NCBI GenBank assembly: GCA_950072105.1
Contig: CATMOE010000060.1
Span: 1 to 20,468 of the forward strand
DNA length: 20,468 nt
Direction: 5' to 3'
Source: an uncultured Dehalococcoidia bacterium
GTDB lineage: Bacteria; Chloroflexota; Dehalococcoidia; Lucifugimonadales; UBA3495
Position numbers and translations under genes: made by a program. Of the stretch, positions 1-8,016 are shown one piece after another (positions within the stretch are counted from its first letter, which is position 1; the number at the start of each line of letters is the position of its first letter). Below the pieces are notes generated by a model, which searched no databases, was not told where the DNA came from, and was given only the letters and a program-made list of their open reading frames with translations.

Positions 1-32
1 CACCAGGAGTCCAAACCCACCACCACTCTCAT
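1..32 (-). CDS. 5' end of a gene running off the left edge (MRVVVGLDSW...), product unknown
   Basis: ATG at 32..30 on the minus strand, preceded by SD-like AAGGGGAG with an in-frame TAA upstream. The 10 visible codons are open. Confidence 0.55.
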   Translation of the reverse strand, partial: MRVVVGLDSW

Positions 33-448
33 GTTTTTCTCCCCTTAAAAGTGTCCCATTATCCCTGAACGCCTACACTACTAGGATCGATGCAGCCGCG
101 TCTCTTCGCCGCACCGAACTGAGCCACACTTTGCGCCGCTATTATTTGATTCAGGCAAATCGTGTCCTCCGTATAAGCCCGCGTAACTCGGTCAATCGCT
201 GGCGCCAAGTTCACAATAACCTTCCTCCGCCATACCGCCGAAGGATCAACCGCGGTTATAGATTAGGACCGGCCTAGCACCCAATGTCTATCTTTTCGCC
301 ACGCAAATCAATTCATTTTTTGGTAGAAGTTTAATATTTGTTCAAAGATGACCTTGAAATTCGTTGACATAAGCCGCTCGCTGTCGATAAGGTCAGCTTG
401 CAATAATATATTCAATTTCAGAACGGGATGGAGCCAGGAGGAAATGAA

Positions 449-625
449 ATGATGGTGATACAAGAGTTGACCCTGGAGCCGGTGGAATTTTCCACCATCG
501 TGCAGTGCCGCCACCATTGGATAATAGAGTCTGCGGAAGGTCCGTTGAGCCAAGGGGTTTGTCAGAACTGCCACGAGTTCAAAGAATTCCAGAACTCTAT
601 AGTCGAAGCCGAGAGGGACTATTAA
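449..625 (+). CDS. Small (58 aa) putative zinc-ribbon protein (CRHHW...CQNC)
   Basis: AGGAGG at 436-441 lies 7 nt before ATG 449, in frame with track ORF 428..625. It carries a CxH-x(n)-CxxC metal-ligand pattern (CRHHWIIE..GPLSQGVCQNCHEFKEFQNS). Confidence 0.75.
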   Translation: MMVIQELTLEPVEFSTIVQCRHHWIIESAEGPLSQGVCQNCHEFKEFQNSIVEAERDY

Positions 626-840
626 TCACACCATCGGCGGCCGGGACGAAGACCCGGTTCCCATGATTCGCGGGTTGATCAGGCCCGCCGGCAAGGTGGA
701 CTTCAAAACAGGGACTGGAACTCCATGCGGATAACCAGTCCGACGGATAGAATCACCGACGATTAGAAGCGTTCGGACTAGACAGGGCCTAAAATTGGCA
801 GCCTGACTGCCGGCGCCATAAGACTGGGAGGTTGTTGAAG

Positions 841-1962
841 ATGCGAGTACTTTGGATCGGTTTCGGACAAGCTGGTGGAAAGTTAGCCAACACAATGATG
901 GAGGTGGATCGGAAGCTGTATAGCGCCATCGCCATCAATACAGAGCAAGCAGATCTGGTGGGCCTGGACCACATCAGAGAAAAAGTCCTGATCGGACGAT
1001 ACATCCTTAAAGGCCGGGGAGTTGGCGCCGACATAGAACTGGCGGCCAACGTGGCCGAAAAGGCCTTATCGCAGATCATGGATAGAATCGAGATCCTGGT
1101 ACGCCGGCACGACCCGGAAGCCTTCTGGATCGCCGCCGGTCTGGCCGGAGGCACAGGAGCCGGAGGTGCTTTTGTCCTTGCCAATGAGCTCAAACGAATC
1201 TACAAGAATATACCGGTATACGGGCTTGGCGTGGTGCCGGCCGTAAGCGGCATGCCCTCGGACAAAGAGGCGTTGATCCTCTCAAATACCGTCAAGAGCT
1301 TCGAGTTATGGAACCACTACTTCAATAACATCTTGCTGGTGGACAATCAACAGTACGAACAGCAGATAGTGTCCCGGGAATCGGTGGAGAAATCGTTCCA
1401 GCGGATAAACCGACAGCTGGCTCTGATGTTGACCACCTTGTTAAGCGCGGGCGAGATCAGGCCCTCGCCTCAAGAGGTATTTAGTTCATCGGAAGTTACC
1501 GCCACCATGGGCAACATCGGGGATATATCCACCATCGGATATTGCGGCGAAGAAATCAACCTGAAGTCGCGGCCCTGGAGCAAGAAAATGGAACCCGGCA
1601 CCCATGAACTGGAGAGCATCATTGAGAGAAGCGTGGAGAAATCTGCGCTGACTTTCCCCTGCGACGTCAGCGGCGCAAGGACCGCCGCGTTGATCGTTAA
1701 GGGGCGGCCCGAGCATCTGTTCACTCAGGCGATCGCCAAGGGAAAGTCTCGGCTAGAAGAGATGACCACGGTGGGCAAGGTCCGCTACGGAGACTATCCG
1801 GACCGGAACAGCAAGTACCTGTCTGCCATCACCCTGGTTTCGGGAATCACCGATTTTTCCAGGCTGGATCAGATGAAGCGCCGGGTGCAAGAGTTGGGCG
1901 AGCATCAAGATGCCCCCCAGACAACCTACGGCAATGGTGTAGCTCAGCCGACCGCCGTGTAG
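841..1962 (+). CDS. Tubulin/FtsZ-family GTPase, CetZ-like
   Basis: GFGQAGGK (T1), GRGVGAD (T3), GLAGGTGAG (tubulin signature variant), LVDN, and the C-terminal LTFPCD..RYGDYP..LVSGI typical of CetZ. No FtsZ C-terminal peptide. GGAGG at 827-831 favours ATG 841. Confidence 0.88.
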   Translation: MRVLWIGFGQAGGKLANTMMEVDRKLYSAIAINTEQADLVGLDHIREKVLIGRYILKGRGVGADIELAANVAEKALSQIMDRIEILVRRHDPEAFWIAAGLAGGTGAGGAFVLANELKRIYKNIPVYGLGVVPAVSGMPSDKEALILSNTVKSFELWNHYFNNILLVDNQQYEQQIVSRESVEKSFQRINRQLALMLTTLLSAGEIRPSPQEVFSSSEVTATMGNIGDISTIGYCGEEINLKSRPWSKKMEPGTHELESIIERSVEKSALTFPCDVSGARTAALIVKGRPEHLFTQAIAKGKSRLEEMTTVGKVRYGDYPDRNSKYLSAITLVSGITDFSRLDQMKRRVQELGEHQDAPQTTYGNGVAQPTAV

Positions 1963-2007
1963 AGCCGGTCCCACACCGGTAACCACGGTTTAAGCATTAC
2001 CCACATG

Positions 2008-2037
2008 AAAGCCCTCGGCGTTGCCGGGGGCTTTTTT
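2008..2037 (+). terminator. Rho-independent terminator after the tubulin-like gene
   Basis: Stem AAAGCCCTCGGC / GCCGGGGGCTTT followed by a T-run. Confidence 0.85.
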
Positions 2038-2091
2038 CTGTCCAAGCGGGGCGGCCCACCCAACCCCGAACCGCCCCTCCAAGCTGGCCGG

Positions 2092-2100
2092 TGATATAAT
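2092..2100 (+). promoter_or_regulatory. Extended -10 promoter for selD
   Basis: TGaTATAAT about 30 nt upstream of ATG 2130, downstream of the upstream gene's terminator. Confidence 0.65.
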
Positions 2101-2129
2101 GGACTCAACTTATTTAGCGAGAGGTACTG

Positions 2130-3176
2130 ATGCGGAGCAGCGAAATTCGGTTGACTGAGCTATCCCACTGCGCCGGTTGAGCGGGTAAGCTTAGTCTTGA
2201 GGACCTGGGTCAGGTCCTGAGTAAACTTCCCCAGATCACTCATCCCGATCTGCTGGTTGGCAATAACACGGGGGATGATGCCGCGGTCTACAAGATCAAC
2301 GACGAAACGGCCTTGATCTTGACCGTGGATTTTTTCACGCCCATAACCGACGACCCATTTGAATTCGGGTCCATCGCCGCCGCCAACTCCTTAAGCGACG
2401 TTTACGCCATGGGCGGTAAGCCCTTACTGGCCATGAACGTTGTGGGCTTCCCGGCGGACCTGGCCCAAGAGATGCTGGCCGACGTACTTCTGGGCGGTTA
2501 TGCCAAAGCAGGCGAGGCCGGATGCATGATCGTGGGCGGACATACGGTGGACGACGCCGAGCCCAAATACGGTCTTTCAGTGGTCGGCGTGGTTGAGCCG
2601 GGCAAGCAAGTATCCAACGCCGCAGCCCAACCCGGAGACCATCTGATCCTGACCAAGCCCATAGGCACCGGTATCATAACCACCGGCGCCAAACAGCAGA
2701 AAGTAGACCCTGACGTCATGAAGAACGCCGTTGAAACCATGGCCACTCTGAACCGGGCGGCCGCCGAAGCCATGATGAAGATTGGGGTAAACTCTTGCAC
2801 CGACATTACCGGATACGGTCTGATGGGGCACCTCAGGGGTATGGTCAGAGCCAGCAAAGTGGGCGCGCGCATCCACTTCAACAATGTCCCGATCCTCCCA
2901 GGGGCATGGGACCTGCTGAAGCAGGGAGTTGTTCCTGGTGGAACCCATCGCAACCTGCAAAACGTGTCGGATACGGCTCGGTGGGACGCGGAGATAACCG
3001 ATGATCAACAGATTCTGCTCTGTGACGCGCAAACCTCGGGAGGGCTGCTGATATCCGTCCCTGAGTCCAAGGTGGATCAGCTATTGATTGAACTAAAGGC
3101 CGAGGGAGTTCCCATCTCCGCCGTAGTCGGCGAGATAACAGACGGCCCCGCCGGGACGATAGAAGTGGTCCCCTAG
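2130..3176 (+). CDS. selD: Selenophosphate synthetase (selenide, water dikinase), selenocysteine-containing, 348 aa
   Basis: SD GAGGT, then ATG 2130 reads MRSSEIRLTELSHCAG-TGA(2178-2180)-AGKLS...GDDAAVY...TVDFFTP, in frame with track ORF 2313..3176. SelD motifs NSLSDVYAMGG, GGHT, TDITGYGL and DAQTSGGLL are present. Confidence 0.96.
2196..2221 (+). promoter_or_regulatory. Bacterial SECIS-like stem-loop downstream of the selD UGA
   Basis: Perfect 8-bp stem AGGACCTG(2200-2207)/CAGGTCCT(2211-2218) with a G-starting loop, 27 nt after the UGA. It extends to a short bulged lower stem. Confidence 0.8.
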
Positions 3177-3264
3177 GGTATACAGGCAACCCAAGGACAC
3201 CATGGATCAACAGACGTAAAAGTGGCCGGGGCTGGGCTCCGGTAGCCCGTTATAGAGGTGTTGC

Positions 3265-3876
3265 TTGAAGCGGCCCGATCAGATCAAAGAAGCTCCGGAC
3301 CAGGGCATGGGAGACCGGGTCCCCCCGGGACAGTTCCTGTCCAACAAGTTTCCGGTCCTTACCTACGGCTCCACCCCGAAAGTAGACCTGGACACGTGGA
3401 AGTTCCGGGTGTTCGGCCTGGTTGAACAAGAAGTCGAGTTGACCTGGGATCAGTTCACCAAGCTGACCTGGACCACCGTCACCGCCGACTTCCACTGTGT
3501 CACCCAATGGAGTTCTTTGGACAACACCTGGGAGGGAGTGACTTTTCCAGACCTGATGACCCTTGCTCAGCCCAAACCTGAGGCCAAGTTCGTGATGGCC
3601 CATTGCTTCGGTGGCTATACCACCAACCTACCCTTAGAAGTGGCCATGGAAGAGGGTCTTCTAGCCCACAAGCAAGACGGCGAGCCGCTGGGAGAGGGCC
3701 ATGGCTGGCCGTTGCGGCTAATCATACCCAGCCGTTATGGCTGGAAGAGCGCCAAATGGCTCAATGGAATCGAGTTGATAGCTGAGGATGCGCCAGGATT
3801 TTGGGAGCAGCGAGGCTACAACAACAACGCCGACCCATGGAAAGAGGAGCGTTTCTGGCCGGAGTTGACCCATTAG
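3265..3876 (+). CDS. Sulfite oxidase-family molybdopterin oxidoreductase (YuiH-like, no signal peptide)
   Basis: PPGQ, the DFHCVTQWS Mo-ligand Cys, HGWPLRL, YGWKSAKWL and GFWEQRGY. SD GAGGTG precedes the TTG. Confidence 0.9.
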   Translation: MKRPDQIKEAPDQGMGDRVPPGQFLSNKFPVLTYGSTPKVDLDTWKFRVFGLVEQEVELTWDQFTKLTWTTVTADFHCVTQWSSLDNTWEGVTFPDLMTLAQPKPEAKFVMAHCFGGYTTNLPLEVAMEEGLLAHKQDGEPLGEGHGWPLRLIIPSRYGWKSAKWLNGIELIAEDAPGFWEQRGYNNNADPWKEERFWPELTH

Positions 3877-3947
3877 ACCACCCCGGACTTGATTCCAACC
3901 CGGCCACCGGTAACCCTGCCGCTGTATATTGCTTCTGCCTTCGAACT

Positions 3948-3974
3948 CCCGGCGAACGGTAGCCGTCCGCCGGG
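3948..3974 (-). terminator. GC-rich hairpin just after the stop of the 3979..4158 gene
   Basis: Minus strand CCCGGCGGACGG-cta-CCGTTCGCCGGG, a 12-bp stem with one G-U pair. No clear U-tract. Confidence 0.5.
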
Positions 3975-3978
3975 TTGA

Positions 3979-4158
3979 TTACGCGGCGTTCGCCTTCGAG
4001 TCCGCGTCGGCGTAGGGCCTGGGGTCCTTCACCTTATGGGGCTCTTCAATGTCTTTCATGTACCCGCACTGTATGCAGCTGGCGTACTTGCCGAAGACAT
4101 CCTCGGTTAGATACAGGTCGCCCGTGCATCTGGGACATACCTTAAAGTTGATCACCAC
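3979..4158 (-). CDS. Small (59 aa) CxxC..CxxC zinc-ribbon protein, absent from the ORF track
   Basis: Manual translation gives MVINFKVCPRCTGDLYLTEDVFGKYASCIQCGYMKDIEEPHKVKDPRPYADADSKANAA*. It has a strong SD AGGAGGTGAG (4170-4161), an upstream promoter and a downstream hairpin. Confidence 0.85.
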   Translation of the reverse strand: MVINFKVCPRCTGDLYLTEDVFGKYASCIQCGYMKDIEEPHKVKDPRPYADADSKANAA

Positions 4159-4208
4159 AACTCACCTCCTCACTGGGCCAGATCTGTGGTACATATAACC
4201 CAATGCGC

Positions 4209-4237
4209 ATTATAATGGTTGACACGCTTCGTATCAA
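4209..4237 (-). promoter_or_regulatory. Sigma70-type promoter for the small zinc-ribbon gene
   Basis: Minus strand TTGATA(4237-4232)-N17-TATAAT(4214-4209). Confidence 0.7.
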
Positions 4238-4247
4238 GATGTATCAT
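4219..4247 (+). promoter_or_regulatory. Sigma70-type promoter facing hspR-grpE-dnaK
   Basis: TTGACA(4219-4224)-N17-TATCAT(4242-4247). Confidence 0.65.
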
Positions 4248-4473
4248 ACGAACTTAGGTAACTTATGTCTGCGCTGGGCAAAATCGATACCAAGTTCTAT
4301 CCGGCAATCAATAGATGTCCGGGGCTGGTCCAGCATTATGTAACTTTTTGTATTACGAGTATATTACGAATTGCATGCATGATTGGATTCGTTAACAAGA
4401 ATCCAATTTCCTAGACGCCACAACCATCGGGCCGTCAATTTCCGTAGATTGATTCAGACGCCGACCCAGAAAC

Positions 4474-4974
4474 ATGGAGAACGACCAGATGTACCAGAGG
4501 TCCAGATCGCAAGGGGTCGCCGGCAGCGATTTGCCACCCCAGGCGCCGCCCCCACCGCGGCCTCAACATTCCGAAGTAGCCCGGGTCCGGGAGGAAGACC
4601 GGGAGGATACGCCCGAGCAGGCGATGCACATGGAGGGTGTTTACATCATCTCCGTGGCCGCCCGCCTGCTGGACATGCACCCTCAAACCCTCCGGAAATA
4701 CGAGCGGCTAGGTTTAATCAGGCCGGGCCGTACAATAGGGATGTTACGTCTCTATTCCCGGGACGATATACGTAGGGTCCGCCTGATACAGCACTTGGCA
4801 GGAAACTTGGGGCTCAACTTGGCCGGAGTCGAGTTCGCTCTGGGTATGGTCGAAGATTTGCTAGCCCTGCGCCAGAGGCTGTCCGCAACCAACGAAGGTA
4901 CGCATCTGCAACAGGCCGTGGAACAAGAATTTGCCGCGCTTTTCCGCGGCATGGACCTGCCTTTAGAAGACTGA
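4474..4974 (+). CDS. hspR: MerR-family heat-shock repressor, HspR-like
   Basis: GVYIISVAARLLDMHPQTLRKYERLGLIRPGRT..RLYS..GLNLAGV HTH signature, directly upstream of grpE-dnaK. The start is uncertain because the N-terminus is low-complexity. Confidence 0.82.
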   Translation: MENDQMYQRSRSQGVAGSDLPPQAPPPPRPQHSEVARVREEDREDTPEQAMHMEGVYIISVAARLLDMHPQTLRKYERLGLIRPGRTIGMLRLYSRDDIRRVRLIQHLAGNLGLNLAGVEFALGMVEDLLALRQRLSATNEGTHLQQAVEQEFAALFRGMDLPLED

Positions 4975-5031
4975 TGGTCAAGTTCCACGATTCCGTTTCC
5001 GGTTCCATCCTTCGCTCCAAGAGAAATGTGA

Positions 5032-5592
5032 ATGACGAAAGAAAACAGTGAATGGCAGATACCTCCTGAAGAGCCGGAGGAGTCCCAAGCAGCAGGCGGC
5101 CATTACAGTCACTTGCCGCTGGAGGACCAGGTTCCGGCCCTGATGAAGGACCTGGAAGAAGCCCGGCAAGAGGCCAGCCAAAACCTTGACCTTGCCCAGC
5201 GGGCCCAAGCGGATCTGGTCAACTACCGGCGCCGCACCGATGAAGAGCGTATCTCCCTTAGCAAGTTCTCCAACTCCCGTCTCATTACCAAGCTGCTTCC
5301 GGTAAAAGAGGAGTTGGACCTGGCTATTTCCCACTCTGATAAGGTTGGCGCCGCCGATTCCTGGCTGCAAGGCATCAGGCTGATACAGCGCAAACTACTT
5401 AGTCTGCTGGAGTCGGAGGGAGTAGAGCTCATCGAAGGGGTGGGAGACTTGTTCAACCCTCTGGAGCACGAGGCCCTGGGGACCGACGAGAGTACCGAAT
5501 ACCCGGCCGGCCACATCATAGAGGTGGTGCGTACCGGATACCGGCTTCAAGATAGGGTGATTCAGCCGGCCCAGGTAATCGTATCTCGCTAG
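5032..5592 (+). CDS. grpE: Nucleotide exchange factor GrpE
   Basis: RAQADLVNYRRR, FNPLEHEA and GYRLQDRVIQPAQVIV; adjacent to dnaK. Confidence 0.96.
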   Translation: MTKENSEWQIPPEEPEESQAAGGHYSHLPLEDQVPALMKDLEEARQEASQNLDLAQRAQADLVNYRRRTDEERISLSKFSNSRLITKLLPVKEELDLAISHSDKVGAADSWLQGIRLIQRKLLSLLESEGVELIEGVGDLFNPLEHEALGTDESTEYPAGHIIEVVRTGYRLQDRVIQPAQVIVSR

Positions 5593-5649
5593 ACCTAAAA
5601 TCAAAGACCAATCGACATCAATCACTTCACAAGATAAAGGAGAATTCTA

Positions 5650-7557
5650 ATGGCTAAAGTCCTGGGCATCGATCTTGGAACCACCAACTCGGTAGCGGCC
5701 GTGATCGAAGCCGGAGAAGCGATAATCGTGGAGAACGCCGAAGGAGCTAGGACTACGCCTTCGGTGATTGCCGTAAACGCCAAGACCGGAGAGAGGTACG
5801 TGGGTCAGGTCGCGAAACGGCAGGCCGTCACAAACCCGGAAAATACCCTATTTTCGGTCAAACGCCTCATGGGCCGGAAGTTCGACGATCCGGAAGTACA
5901 AAACGCTATGAACCATCTGCCCTACAAGATAGTCCAGGGACAAGGCGGTGATGCCCATGTGGAGATGGCTGGCCAAGCTCACGCCCCCGCCCAAATCTCT
6001 GCCTTTGTCCTGCAGAAGATCAAGCAGGACGCCGAAGCAAAACTAGGTGAAACAATCACCCAGGCGGTGATTACCGTCCCGGCTTACTTCAACGATGCGC
6101 AGCGTCAAGCGACCAAGGACGCCGGCACCATCGCCGGCCTGGAGGTGCTGCGCATCATTAACGAGCCCACGGCCTCTTCTTTGGCCTACGGTGTAGACAA
6201 ATCAAAGACTGAAGCAACTATTGCCGTCTTCGACTTGGGTGGCGGCACCTTCGACATCACGATTCTCCAGATGGGCGAGGGTGTATTCGAGGTTAAATCC
6301 ACCAACGGTGACACCTATCTGGGCGGCGACGACTTCGACCAGGAAATCCTGGAATGGCTGATTGGGGAGTTCCGTCAAGAGACCGGGATCGACCTGAGCA
6401 AAGACCGGATGGCCCTCCAGCGCTTGCGCGATGCGGCGGAACGCGCCAAAGTTGACCTTTCCAGCGTTATTGAGACGGAGATCAACCTACCGTTCATCAC
6501 CGCTGACGCCAGCGGACCGGCTCACTTGGTCAAGACCCTGAGCCGCTCGCGGTTGGAGCAACTGGTTAGCGTATTGATCGATCGGACTGAGGCGCCATGT
6601 AAACAGGCTATAACCGACGCCGGTCTGAGTACGAGCGACATTGATGAAGTGATCGTCGTGGGCGGCATGACCCGTATGCCCGCGGTATTGGAGAAAGTAA
6701 AAGGATTATTCGGCCGGGAGCCCAACCGCAACGTAAACCCGGACGAGGCGGTGGCCCTTGGGGCGGCCATCCAAGCGGGAATCCTCGTCGGCGACGTTAG
6801 CGACATCGTCCTGCTCGACGTAACTCCGCTAACCCTGGGATTAGAGACTTTGGGGAGCGTTCTGACAGAACTTATCCCTCGGAACACCACCATCCCTACG
6901 CGAAAGAACGAGACATTTACCACTGCCGCCGACGGGCAGACCAGCGTGGACATTCACGTTCTGCAGGGCGAACGGCCCATGGCCGCCGACAACAAATCCA
7001 TCGGCAGGTTTATGCTGGACGGTGTGCTCCCCGCGCCCAGGGGCATACCCCAGATCGCAGTGATGTTTGACATTGACGCCAACGGAATTCTCAGTGTGTC
7101 GGCCCAAGACAAGGGCACCGGAAAAGAGCAAAAGATCGTGATTCAGTCCGGCTCAGGTCTCTCCAAAGAAGACATCGAGCGAATGGTCAACGAGGCCAAG
7201 GCCCACGAGGCCGACGACCAGCAGCGCCGGGCTGAGATAGAAACGCGAAACCAGGCCGACTCCCTGGTCTACAACACCGAGAAGTTACTGACCGACAACG
7301 CTGACAAAGTCCCGGAGGACCTGAAGACCGAGGTGGAAGAGAAGATCGCCACTTTGAAGACGGCCCTGGCGGACAATAACGTGGCCGAGATGCAAACAGC
7401 CATGACGGACTTGAACAGCTCGATGCAGCGTCTGGGAGAGGCCGTCTATAGCCAAGCCACGGAAACGCCCACCGAGGAACCGCCCGAAGGCGCTGAGCCA
7501 CCGGAAGAAGGACCGCCCAAGGACGATACGGTGGAAGGCGAGTTCAGAGAAGTCTAA
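5650..7557 (+). CDS. dnaK: Chaperone DnaK (Hsp70)
   Basis: [25 protein letters not shown] and [18 protein letters not shown]. Confidence 0.99.
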   Translation: MAKVLGIDLGTTNSVAAVIEAGEAIIVENAEGARTTPSVIAVNAKTGERYVGQVAKRQAVTNPENTLFSVKRLMGRKFDDPEVQNAMNHLPYKIVQGQGGDAHVEMAGQAHAPAQISAFVLQKIKQDAEAKLGETITQAVITVPAYFNDAQRQATKDAGTIAGLEVLRIINEPTASSLAYGVDKSKTEATIAVFDLGGGTFDITILQMGEGVFEVKSTNGDTYLGGDDFDQEILEWLIGEFRQETGIDLSKDRMALQRLRDAAERAKVDLSSVIETEINLPFITADASGPAHLVKTLSRSRLEQLVSVLIDRTEAPCKQAITDAGLSTSDIDEVIVVGGMTRMPAVLEKVKGLFGREPNRNVNPDEAVALGAAIQAGILVGDVSDIVLLDVTPLTLGLETLGSVLTELIPRNTTIPTRKNETFTTAADGQTSVDIHVLQGERPMAADNKSIGRFMLDGVLPAPRGIPQIAVMFDIDANGILSVSAQDKGTGKEQKIVIQSGSGLSKEDIERMVNEAKAHEADDQQRRAEIETRNQADSLVYNTEKLLTDNADKVPEDLKTEVEEKIATLKTALADNNVAEMQTAMTDLNSSMQRLGEAVYSQATETPTEEPPEGAEPPEEGPPKDDTVEGEFREV

Positions 7558-7608
7558 AACATGGGGAAAATAATGGGGCTGCCACCATATTTGCCAGGGT
7601 GTTACATC

Positions 7609-7617
7609 TGTTATACT
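7609..7617 (+). promoter_or_regulatory. Extended -10 promoter for the 7677 gene
   Basis: TGtTATACT about 60 nt upstream of ATG 7677. Confidence 0.45.
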
Positions 7618-7676
7618 GTGACAACAGTTCAGACCTCGTAACCGGCAAACCTTAGGTTTAAGCTGATGGAGAGGAA

Positions 7677-7961
7677 ATGAGCGCACAGCAAGATCGTGCA
7701 GACCAAGAAGTGATTGAGAGCGGGACGACAGGGGTGGTTGAGGGGATCGATCAGGATCTGACGCCTCTTCAATATCACTATTTAAGTCTGTTGCAGCGTC
7801 TGATAACACTGAAAGGCAGCTACCAGACGGATCCAAATTTCGAAGCCTGGTTAATGGGCGCGATCAACAAAGCGATTTACTCGACTTTGCGTGATTCTAT
7901 CGAAGCCAATATCGGCGATGCGGCCAAAGAGTTGTTGCGCCGGGAGCACCAAGTTAACTAG
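7677..7961 (+). CDS. Hypothetical 94-aa helical protein
   Basis: SD GGAGAGG before the ATG, protein-like composition, and it fills the gap between dnaK and the convergent deacetylase. Confidence 0.7.
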   Translation: MSAQQDRADQEVIESGTTGVVEGIDQDLTPLQYHYLSLLQRLITLKGSYQTDPNFEAWLMGAINKAIYSTLRDSIEANIGDAAKELLRREHQVN

Positions 7962-8016
7962 CCGCGCCAGCCTAACACAGTCCTTGATCTAGCGGTCCCA
8001 ATGGTACCGCTATGCA

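Noticed and set aside
841..1962. Calling the gene ftsZ or plasmid/phage tubZ
   Set aside because: It lacks the FtsZ-specific NxDxxD and C-terminal peptide, and there is no dcw cluster, tubR/centromere repeat or mobile-element context.
2178..2180. selD as a pseudogene with a premature stop
   Set aside because: The TGA falls exactly at the catalytic Cys/Sec position and is followed by a SECIS-like hairpin, and the rest of the gene is intact.
2130..3876. selD plus the Mo enzyme as a selenium-dependent molybdenum hydroxylase system
   Set aside because: Those enzymes belong to the xanthine oxidase family and need YqeB/YqeC. This one is sulfite-oxidase family with an ordinary Cys (TGT) ligand, and no accessory genes are present.
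1975..3915. CACCGGTAACC found shortly after two gene ends (about 1974 and 3905)
   Set aside because: Only two copies of an 11-mer, which is compatible with chance.
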